NCBI RefSeq assembly: GCF_016432865.1
Contig: NC_067404.1
Coordinates: 84,940,001 to 85,004,000, forward strand
Source: Antechinus flavipes
Taxonomy: Eukaryota
DNA: 64,000 nt
Direction: 5' to 3'
The notes below the pieces were generated by a model that saw only the letters and a list, made by a program, of their open reading frames with translations, searched no databases and was not told where the DNA came from. A program made the translations under genes and the position numbers. Shown here piece by piece: positions 53,590 to 64,000 of the stretch. Positions within the stretch are counted from its first letter, which is position 1; each line of letters begins with the position of its first letter.

Positions 53590-56500
53590 CAGACAGAGGA
53601 ACAGGTGATATCTCCTGTACCTCCGTCTGGGTTATTGGGGAAATATTTCCCAAAAAACAAAATGGTGATACAGGCGGTATTTCCCAAAAGGCCAGTCGGA
53701 GGCACAGGTGTTATTTCCAAATAACCCAGACAGACACACGTGATATTTCCCAGAAGGCCAGATGGAGGCATAGGCGATATTTCCCCCAAACAAAATGGAG
53801 GTACAGGCGGTATTTCCCAGAAGGCCAGATGGAGGCACAGGCGATATTTCCCAAAAGCCCATTCGGAGGCACAGGTAATATTTCCCCAAAAGGCCAGATG
53901 GAGGCACAGGTGATATTTCCCCGAAAACAAAATGGAGGCACAGGTGATATTTCCCAAAAGCCCATTCGGAGGCACAGGTGAGATTTCCCCCAAAACAAAA
54001 TGGAGGCACAGGTGATATTTCCCCAAAAGGCCAGATGGAGGCACAGGCGATATTTCCCAAAAGCCCATTCAAAGGCACAGGTGATATTTCCCCAAAAGGC
54101 CAGACGGAGGCAAGGTGATATTTTCCCAAAAGGCCCGACAGGCGCACAGGTGATATTTCCCAAAAGCCCATTCGGAGGCACAGGTGATATTTCCCCCAAA
54201 ACAAAATAGAGGCACAGGTGATAGTTCCCAAAAAACCAGACAGAGGCACAGGCAATATTTCCCCAAAAGGCCAGACGGAAGCATGGTGATATTTCCCCAG
54301 TAACCCAGATGGAGGCACAGGCGATATTTCCCCAAAAGACCAGATGGAGGCACAGGCGATATTTCCCCAAAAGGCCAGACGGAGGCAAGGTGATATTTTC
54401 CCAAAAGGCCAGACAGGCGCACAGGTGATATTTCCCAAAAGCCCATTCGGAGGCACAGGTGATATTTCCCCCAAAACAAAATGGAGGCACAGGTGATATT
54501 TCCCAAAAGACCAGACAGAGGCACAGGCAATATTTCCCCAAAAGGCCAGACGGAGGCAAGGTGATATTTTCCCAAAAGCCCATTCGGAGGCACAGGTGAT
54601 ATTTCCCAAAAGCCCATTCGGAGGCACAGGTGATATTTCCCAAAAGACCAGACAGAGGCACAGGCGATATTTCCCCAAAAGACCAGACGGAGGCACAGGC
54701 GATATTTCCCCAATAACCCAGATGGAGGCACAGGTGATATTTCCCAAAAGCCCATTCGGAGGCACAGGCGATATTTCCCCAAAAGACCAGATGGAGGCAC
54801 AGGCGATATTTCCCCAAAAGACCAGATGGAGGCACAGGTGATATTTCCCCAAAAGGCCAGACGGAGGCAAGGTGATATTTTCCCAAAAGCCCATTCGGAG
54901 GCACAGGTGATATTTCCCAAAAGCCCATTCGGAGGCACAGGTGATATTTCCCAAAAGACCAGACAGAGGCACAGGCGATATTTCCCCAAAAGACCAGACG
55001 GAGGCACAGGCGATATTTCCCCAATAACCCAGATGGAGGCACAGGTGATATTTCCCAAAAGCCCATTCGGAGGCACAGGCGATATTTCCCCAAAAGACCA
55101 GATGGAGGCACAGGCGATATTTCCCCAAAAGACCAGATGGAGGCACAGGTGATATTTCCCCAAAAGGCCAGACGGAGGCAAGGTGATATTTTCCCAAAAG
55201 GCCAGACAGGCGCACAGGTGATATTTCCCAAAAGCCCATTCGGAGGCACAGGTGATATTTCCCCCAAAACAAAATGGAGGCACAGGTGATATTTCCCAAA
55301 AGACCAGACAGAGGCACAGGCGATATTTCCCCAAAAGGCCAGATGGAGGCACAGGCGATATTTCCCCAAAAGACCAGATGGAGGCACAGGCGATATTTCC
55401 CCAATAACCCAGATGGAGGCACAGGTGATATTTCCCAAAAGCCCATTCGGAGGCACAGGCGATATTTCCCCAAAAGGCCAGACGGAGGCACAGGCGATAT
55501 TTCCCCAAAAGGCCAGACGGAGGCACAGGCGATATTTCCCCAAAAGGCCAGACGGAGGCACAGGCGATATTTCCCCAAAAGACCAGATGGAGGCATGGTG
55601 ATATTTCCCCAATAACCCAGATGGAGGCACAGGCGATATTTCCCAAAAGCCCATTTGTAGGCACAGGCGATACTTCCCCAAAAACAAAATGGAGGCACAG
55701 GCGATATTTCCCCAAAAGGCCAGACGGAGGCATGGTGCTTTTTCCCTAATAACCCAGATGGAGGCACAGGTGATATTTCCCAAAAAGCCAGGTGGAGGCA
55801 CAGGCGATATTTCCCCAAAAGGCCAGATGGATGCACGGGTGATATTTCCCCAATAACCCAGACATCAGCATAGGTGAAATTTCCCAAAAGCCCATTCGGA
55901 AGCACAGGTGATATTTCCCCCAAAATAAAATGGAGGCACAGGCGATATTTCCCCAATAACCCAGATGGAGGCACAGGTGATATTTCCCAAAAGCCCATTC
56001 GGAGGCACAGGAGATATTTCCCCCAAATAAAATGGAGGCACAGGTGATATTTCCCAAAAGGCCAGATGGAGGCACAGGTGATATTTCCCAAAAAGCCAGG
56101 TGGAGGCACAGGCGATATTTCCCCAAAAGGCCAGATGGATGCACGGGTGATATTTCCCCAATAACCCAGACATCAGCATAGGTGAAATTTCCCAAAAGCC
56201 CATTCGGAAGCACAGGTGATATTTCCCCCAAAATAAAATGGAGGCACAGGCGATATTTCCCCAATAACCCAGATGGAGGCACAGGTGATATTTCCCAAAA
56301 GCCCATTCGGAGGCACAGGAGATATTTCCCCCAAATAAAATGGAGGCACAGGTGATATTTCCCAAAAGGCCAGATGGAGGCACAGGTGATATTTCCCAAA
56401 AAGCCAGGTGAAGGCACGGTGATATTTCCCCAATAACCCAGATGGAGGCACAGGCAATATTTCCCAAAAGGCCAGACGGAGGCACAGGCGATATTTCCCA

Positions 56501-57160
56501 AAAAGCCAGGTGGAGGCACGGTGATATTTCCCCAATAACCCAGATGGAGGCACAGGCAATATTTCCCAAAAGGCCAGGTGGAGGCATGGTGATATTTCCC
56601 AAAAAGCCAGGTGGAGGCATGGTGATATTTCCCCAATAACCCAGACGGAGGCACAGGCAATATTTCCCAAAAGGCCAGACGGAGGCACAGGTGATATTTC
56701 CCAAAAGGCCAGGTGGAGGCGCAGGTGATATTTCCCAAAAAGCCAGGTGGAGGCACAGGTGATATTTCCCAAAAGACCAGGTGGAGGTACAGGTGATATT
56801 TCCCAAAAGACCAGGTGGAGGCACAGGTGATATTGCCCCCAAACAAAATGGAGGCATAGGTGATATTTCTCCCAAAGGCCAGACGGAGACAAGGTGATAT
56901 TTCCCTAAAAACAGAATGGAGGTGCAGGTGATATTTCCCAAAAGACCAAGTGGAGGCACGATGATATTTCCCCAATAACCCAGACGGAGGCACAGGCGAG
57001 ATTTCCCAAAAGACCGGGTGATATTTCCCAAAAGACCAGACAGAGGCCCAGGTGATATTTCCCAAAAGGCCAGATGGAGGCACAGGTGATATTTCCCAAA
57101 AAACAAAATGGAGGCACAGGTGGTATTTCCCAGAAGGCTAGATGGAGGCACAGACAATAT
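53590..57160. repeat. Minisatellite block A: ~100 copies of a 33-36-bp unit GGCACAGG(T/C)GATATTTCCC(C)AA plus a variable 11-13-nt part
   Basis: Direct reading; variable parts AAGGCCAGAYGGA, AAGCCCATTCGGA, AACAAAATGGA, TAACCCAGATGGA, AAGACCAGAYRGA, AAAGCCAGGTGGA. Confidence 0.97.
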
Positions 57161-57934
57161 TTCCTAATAGCTCAGAAGAAGACTAAGGTGAGAATTCCCA
57201 AAAAGAGAAGAAGTTTAAGTTGTATCTCCCCACAGGCTCCCCCTCCCCAAAAGGTGTTGCAAGCATCATATTTCCCCCCAAAAAGCCAGAAATACAGGCT
57301 TTTTCTCCCCAAACATGGAGAGACTCAGTCTGTACCACCCCGAGGATGGAGAGATTCAGACTGTAGCTCTGTCAAAATGGCTCCAGTTGGAGCACAGGTT
57401 GTACCTTTCCCAAAACAGAAAGGCACAAGCTAGAGCTTCCAAAAGACCTCCATAGACAGGCTCCAATTCTCCACAAGGAGACAGACACACAAGCTGAAGC
57501 TCCCCAAAGATAGCTCCAGATACAGGAACAAGCTGTAATCCCCACTAGGTAATGATTGCCCAAAAACGATGTAGCCACTCGTGGAAATTCCTAAAAGGAG
57601 ACATAGACACAGAGGGGCATTTTTAAAAGGAGACAGCCACAGCTGGACTTCTCCAGAGGCAAAAATGCAACTTGTACCTCCTTTGGGCAGAGGAGGCCCA
57701 GGATGCATCTTTCCAAAGATGAAGGATCAGTCTGTAACCCCCCAAAAGAAGCTGGCACAGGCTGTATTCCTCCTCCCCCCAAGTACAGCTTGTGCCTTCT
57801 TAAAAGTGGGAGACTCAGGCTTTAACTTTCCAAAAGGAGACTGGTATAAGTGGTAACAGCCTAAAGGCAAGGAGACTAAAGCTATTATTCCCCCCACTCC
57901 CCCCAAAAAGATGACTTCAGATAGAAGCACAAAA

Positions 57935-58880
57935 TAATTCCCCAAAGGGGATGCAGGCTCTGGTGGTAATTCCCAAAAGGCAATGCAGGCACTGGTGGTG
58001 AAATTCCCAAAAGATAATGCAGGCACTGGTGGTAATTCCCAAAAGGCGATGCAGGCTCTGGTGGTTAAATTCCCCAAAGGTGATATAGGCACTGGTGGTA
58101 ATTCCCAAAAGGCGATGCAGGCTCTGGTGGTTAAATTCCCCAAAGGTGATATAGGCACTGGTGGTAATTCCCAAAAGGCGAGGCAGGCCCTGGTGGTGAA
58201 ATTCCCAAAAGATAATGCAGGCACTGGTGGTGAAATTCCCAAAAGATAATGCAGGCACTGATGGTAATTCCCAAAAGGCAATGCAGGCACTGGTGGTGAA
58301 ATTCCCAAAAGATAATGCAAGCACTGATGGTAATTCCCAAAAGGCAATGCAGGCACTGGTGGTAATACCCAAAAGGCGAGGCAGGCTCTGGTGGTTAAAT
58401 TCCCCAAAGGTGATATAGGCACTGGTGGTAATTCCCAAAAGGCGAGGCAGGCACTGGTGGTGAAATTCCCAAAAGATAATGCAAGCACTGATGGTAATTC
58501 CCAAAAGGCAATGCAGGCACTGGTGGTAATTCCCAAAAGGCGAGGCAGGCTCTGGTGGTTAAATTCCCCAAAGGTGATATAGGCACTGATGGTAATTCCC
58601 AAAAGGCGATGCAGGCACTGGTGGTGAAATTCCCAAAAGGCAATGAAAGCTCTGGTGGTTAAATTTCCCAAAGGCAATGAAAGCTCTGGTGGTTAAATTT
58701 CCCAAAGGCAATGAAAGCTCTGGTGGTTAAATTTCCCAAAGGCAATGCAGGCACTGGTGGTGAAATTCCCAAAAGGCAATGCAGGCACTGGTGGTGAAAT
58801 TCCCAAAAGGCAATGCAGGCTCTGGTGGTGAAATTCCCAAAAGATAATGCAGGCACCGGTGGTAATTCCCAAAAGGCAAC
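57935..58880. repeat. Minisatellite block B: ~28 copies of related 32/34-bp units (ATGCAGGCACTGGTGGT(GA)AATTCCCAAAAG...)
   Basis: Direct reading; alternating monomers give a 66-bp dimer. Confidence 0.95.
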
Positions 58881-61800
58881 AAATATACAACCTATATCTC
58901 CACCTAAGGCACAAGCAGTGGCTCCTCTCAAACCAAGATGGAGGGAGAAGCACTATTTCCAAATGCATGTGTAGGCCCAGTGGTAGTAATTTCCAAAAGT
59001 GAGAATGGAGCCATAGGCAATAGTTCTCAGAAGGGCACAGAGGCACAGGCTGTAATTTCCAAAGAGGCAGAAGCATGGAGATTGATTTCCCAAATGAAAA
59101 ATGGAGGCACAAATAGGTGATTCCTCAAATAAAAAATGGAGGCGTGGAGAGGTAATTCTCAAAATGAGGTACAAGCACAAATGATAATTTCCCAAATAAA
59201 AGATGGAGTGATCAGTGACAATTCCCCAGATGAACAAATGGAATCATGGGTGGTGATTCCCCAAATGAAGTGGAGGTACATGTGCCAATTTTCCAAATGA
59301 AAAACAGCTCTGACTAGCGCTCCCCCAAAGGTGGCTCCAGATTCTAGAGGCACAGGCTGTAACTCCCCACAGACCCAGGCCATAAGCCTTTGTGCCTTCA
59401 ATGGCAACAAGAGGCCCAACTGTAACTCCCTCCCCCCAAGGACCAATACGCAGGCTGTGGCTCCCTCCAAAAAGATGGAGGCACAGGCCGGAGCTCCCCA
59501 AAGATGGCTCCACGTGCAGGCACAGGTGGTAATTCCTTAAAGGAAGTGGCAAGACAGCTGGTAATTCCCAGAGATGGCTCCAGATTCTGGAGGCACAGGC
59601 TGTAATTCCTCAAAGATGGTTCCAGATGGAGACCCAGACCATAAACCTCCATGCCTTCAATGGCAACAAGAGGCTCAATTGTAGCTCCCCTCCCCCCAAG
59701 GACCAATACACAGGCTAGTGCTCCCCAAAGATGGCTCCACATGCAGGCATAGGTAGTAATTCCCAAAGGAGGCAGCCTCAGAGGTGGTCATTCCCAGAAG
59801 GCGATGCAGGCATAGGTGATGATTCCTGCAAGATGGCCCCAATGGTAGAGGCTGGCTTCTCAAATGACTCCAGATGCATTCCCAGGCCACAAACCTTCCT
59901 GCCCTCGATGGCAACAAGAAGCCCAATTGTAGCTCTTAGCTCCCCTCCCCCCAAGGACCAATATAAAGGCAGCATCTCCCTTTGAAAAAAGAGAGGCACA
60001 GAGGCACAGGCTGTAGCTCCCCAAAGATGGTTCCAGATACAGCCACAGGTGGTTATTCCCAAAGAAGGGAGCAGCAGAGGTGGTAATTCCCAGTAGGCAA
60101 TGCAGGTACAGGTAGTAATTCCCAAAGGATACCTCCAGATGGCAGGCGCAGGATGGTAATTCCCAGAAAGCAACAGACATACAGCCCATCTCCCCATAAT
60201 GGGAGGCACAGGCTGTATGTATCTTCCCCCAAAAAACAAGATGAAGGCACAGGTAGAAATTCCCAAAAAGCCACGATGGAGACACAGGCTGTAATTTCCA
60301 AAAGGTGGCAGACGCCTAGAGATTGATTCCAGAAATGAAAATGGAGGCTCAAATAGGTGATTCTTCAAATAAAAAATGGAGGCATGGAGAAGCAATTCTC
60401 AAAATGAGGTACAAGCACAAATGGCAATTCCCCAAATAAAAGATGGAACAATGAGTGGCAATTCCCCAGATGGAATCATGGGTGGTGATTCCCCAAATGA
60501 GGTGGAGGTCCATGTGGCAATTTTCCAAATGAAAAATGGCTCTCACTGAACTCCCAAAACTGGCTCCAGGTGAAGGTAGACTCATTTCCAAATGCTAGAG
60601 GCACAGGCTGTAGCTCCCCAAAGATGGCTCCAGATGACAACCAGGCCATAAACTTCAAAGGCCACAGAGAGTTTAGCTCTCCCCCCCCAAGGACCAATAT
60701 AGGATGTGACTCCCTTTAAAAAATGGAAGCCCAGGCTGTAGCTCCCCCAAAATAGCTCCAGATGCAGATCAAACTAGTAATTCCCCAAAAGCCTGTAATA
60801 CATGTGGCTAATTGCCTGAAGGTAAGTGGACATATAGCCTGTAGCTCTTCCCAGACCAACATGGAGGTACAAGTGATGATTCCTAAGAAACGAGATGGAG
60901 GCAATGATGGAAATTCCCAAAATGATATATGGGCATAGATAGTAATTTCCAAAAGCCACGGAGAGTAATTCCCAAAAACTCGAGGCAGAGGCTGTCATTT
61001 CCAAAAGGAGACATTAGTGTGGACAGCAATTCCCAAATGAAAACTGGAGGTACAAATAGGTGATTCCTCAAATAAAGGATGGAGTCGTGGAGAGGTAATT
61101 CTCAAAACGAGGTACAAGCACAAATGGTAATTCTCTAAATGGCATGGGGGGACGAGGAGTGGGCTTCCCCAAATAAAAGATGGAATGACTAGTGGTGATT
61201 CCCCAGATGAACAGATGGAATTATGGGTAGTGATTCCCCAAATGAAGTGGAGGTCCATGTGGCAATTTTCCAAATGAAAAACGGCTACTAGAGCTCCCCA
61301 AAGCTGGCTCCAGGTGAAGGCAGACTCCTTTCCAGATGCTAGAGGCACAGGCTGGTGCTCCCCCAAAGGTGGCTCCAGATGGACACCCAGGGCACATAGA
61401 TTTCCTTGCCCTCAAAAGCCACAGAGGCTCAAACTATAGCTCCCCTCCCCCGAAGGACCAATGCACAGGCTGTAGCCTCCTCTGCCAAGATGGAAGCACA
61501 GGCTAGAACTCCCCAAAGACAGCTCCACATTCAGGGGATAGGTGGTAATTCCCAAAGGTGGTTTCAGACTCTAGAGGCACAGGCTACAGCTCCCCAAATG
61601 ACTCCAGATGCAAGTCCAAGCCATAAAACCACCCAGGCCTCTGGCCACAGAAGCTCAAGACTACATTTTCTTCCCCCTAAGGACCAATATACAAGCTGTA
61701 AACTCCCTTTCAAAACTGGAGGCACAGGCTGCAGCTCCCCCAAAATTGCTTCAGATGCAAGCACGGGTGGAAACTCCCAAAAGGAGGTGGCAAATTCTCA

Positions 61801-62820
61801 AGGAGATTGATTCCAGAAATGAAAATGGAGCACAAATAGATGATTCCTCAAATAAGAAATGGAGGCATGGAGAGGTCATTCTCAAAATGAGGTACAAGCA
61901 CAAATGGCAATTCCCCAAATAAAAGATGGAACAATGGGTGGTGATTCCCCAAATGAAGTGGAGGTCCATGTGGCAATTTTCCAAATGAAACTGCCTCTTA
62001 CTGGAGCTCCCCAAAGTTGGTTCCAGGTGAAGGCACTCATTTCCAAATGCTAGAGGCACAGGCTGTAGCTCCCCAAAGATGGCTCCAGACGCACACCCAG
62101 GCCATAGAGATTTCCTTGCCCTCGATGGCAACAAGAGGCCCAATTGTAGTTTCCCACCCCCCAAGAACCAATACACAGGCTGTGGCTCCCTAAAAAGATG
62201 GAGGCACAGGCTGGTGCTCCCCAAAGATGGCTCCACGTGCAGGCACAGGTGGTAATTCCCAAGGAAGTGGCAACAGGTAATTCCCAAAAAGCAATTTAGG
62301 CCCAAGCATTAATTCCCAGAAGGTGGCTCCAGGTGCAGGCTCAGAAAGTAATTAGCAAAGACATACACCACAGATCTCCATGTGATGGGATGCATAAGTG
62401 GTGGGATGCACAAGTGGTAGCTCTTCAAAACCAAGATGCAGCAGGCACAGGTAGGATTCCCCAAAGGTCCGGTAGACTCGGCCTGCAAAAAGAAGACAGA
62501 AACATGTGCAGTGATTCCCCACGTGAAAAACCGAGACATGATTTCCCCAATTAAAAGATGGAGGCATGGAGAGGCAAAAGCACAATGTTCCCCAAACAAG
62601 TGTATACTGACCCGAGCGTACAGACGGAGTCGGGGGAAGACAGGCAAGTGGTGACCTCCTCAAATGAAGGCTGACTCCAGGTGAAGGCAGATTTTGATTT
62701 GCACATGCCAGAGGCACAGCCTGGAGCTATCCCAAGATGGCTTCAGATGGGGACCCAGGCCATAAACCTCCCTACCCCCCAAGGCAGTAGAGGCCTGACT
62801 GTGACTCACCTCCCCTCCCC
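58880..62820. repeat. Degenerate block C: diverged units of the same family in ~0.7-1.2-kb higher-order repeats
   Basis: Landmark AAATGAAAA(C)TGGAG..C/TACAAATAG.TGATTC.TCAAATAA recurs at ~59090, ~60330, ~61035, ~61815. Confidence 0.85.
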
Positions 62821-63287
62821 CTAAGGACAAAGGCTAGAATTGCTCCAAATACTGGACCAGACTTCCCAAACAAAAAATGGCTCTAGATGGGGGGGGGGGG
62901 GGGGGAGAGGGGGGGGCAGGGAAGCTGTACCTCCCAGAACAAGGAAACAGCAGATCACGAGAAGCTGCACGTGTGACCCCGTGGCTTGTGGTGTAGGCAG
63001 ATGCTCCATGTTCAGAAATTGATGCGAGGAGGCCGCCTACTGGGAGGGTGCTCTTTGTGACCTCAGTGGACCATTCTGGTTTTTCATCTGGTACCTTGTT
63101 TGGGTTACACAGCCAGATGGACATCATTCTTTTAATTGTTAAGTATACAATTGTGAATGAGAAAGAGTCAGAGAAACTCGGCATACCAAGGAGCCTTCGG
63201 CAAAAGGCCCTGCTGATCAGTGCAATGGGGTGGCGGGCAGTCTCTTCCTTTCCTGCAAAGAAAAATGGCCTCAAAACTTTAATCTTC

Positions 63288-63350
63288 TCTACCTGTGTGA
63301 CTCTGGGCAAGTCATTTAACCCCAGTTGCCTCAGCAAAAACAAAACACAC
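63288..63350 (+). mobile_element. 5'-truncated WSINE1
   Basis: TGTGTGACTCTGGGCAAGTCATTTAACCCCAGTTGCCTCAGCAAAAACAAAA. Confidence 0.75.
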
Positions 63351-64000
63351 CTCATTTTCTAACTATTATCAAAAACTTACTAAAAATTATTGTGATGTTC
63401 ACTTCAATCATTTCACAGTCTACCTCACCAGAGTACAAACACCCAATGTAGAGCTACCCCTTTATATGCCCTTTTCCCCCTTGTTTGAGGGAGGAAAAAT
63501 GGTTTCTGGGCTTGGTCTTTTGGGGCCCTGGTTTCCCCTTTATTTTAGATAGAGACTCCTGTGAGTGAGCTTAGCATTTTTATTGCAGGGTTGCTCTGGT
63601 GCACAGGCTGCTTGCACACTCCTTCACCACTTGTGTGTGCTCTCTTTACTACAGAATATTTCATTGCCTACAGGGGCCACAGCTTACCCAGGCAGTCGGC
63701 AGCCTCTCACTTTCCGACTCTTTGCTGCTGCTACAAATGTTATGCACCTTTGGGTACCTTTTTTGGGCTTTGGCTGTCCTGAGCCACAAGCCTCCCCTTT
63801 CTGGCAGAATTCTAAACTGCCTTCTAGAACAGGTAGTTCATTTTAGAATGCCCCCACAGTGCATTTAGGCCTGCCCCAAATCTTGTCCCCATCATTTTGT
63901 GCCAATTTGCCAGATCTGATGTGAAACCTCAGTTCTCTCCCAAGTTTCGGTGGCAGCAGTGACGTGAGGGGTTTGCACGTGGTGCTACGAGAATGTTCTC

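Larger units (their letters stand above)
51890..63252 (-). ncRNA. Putative spliced long non-coding RNA spanning the repeat array (5' end probably outside the window)
   Basis: Candidate exons 63252-63095, 53376-53176, 52775-52669 and 52343-~51890 with good GT-AG sites and terminal AATAAA (51913-51908); no continuous ORF. Confidence 0.3.

Noticed and set aside
53590-57160. CRISPR-like repeat-spacer array
   Set aside because: Mammalian DNA; the variable parts are only 11-13 nt and recur from a small set rather than being unique; no cas genes.
53451-58677. Very long minus-strand ORFs (825, 696, 554, 445, 430, 316 aa) as a giant repetitive protein
   Set aside because: They overlap in all three frames because the unit lacks TTA/CTA/TCA on the plus strand. 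Unit lengths are mostly not multiples of three, the peptide cycles through frames, and block C breaks the ORFs.
53590-62820. Identity with RSX itself
   Set aside because: RSX is X-linked near PHF6/HPRT1 and none of those neighbours are here. I cannot match the monomer to RSX from memory, so only an architectural analogy is claimed.

Overview
Eukaryotic genomic DNA from a marsupial, probably an Australian dasyurid-type species (WSINE1 SINEs, MAR1, marsupial L1 3' ends, an OC1-type hAT MITE). After ~9.5 kb of L1/LTR/SINE debris, five compact multi-exon genes lie within ~35 kb. I reconstructed their exons by hand from splice signals and reading-frame continuity: CXXC1 (+, 15 coding exons, 621 aa), MBD1 (+, 15 coding exons, 733 aa), ABT1 (-, 3 exons, 273 aa), GRM6 (+, 11 coding exons, 878 or 902 aa) and a ZWINT orthologue (-, 6 exons, 232 aa). 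In human these four loci sit on four different chromosomes. Distal to them are an orphan CpG island (~49.2-50.3 kb) and a ~9.2 kb hierarchical array of 32-36-bp repeats (53.6-62.8 kb), apparently inside a spliced, non-coding minus-strand transcription unit. The most interesting items are: the repeat array and its putative lncRNA; a 156-aa Cys-rich C-terminal module on MBD1 that I do not recognise from eutherian MBD1; a CTCF motif plus TAATC cluster between ABT1 and GRM6; an upstream coding exon for GRM6; and a triplicated splice donor in ZWINT. Gene names come from remembered orthologue sequences; no database search was run.
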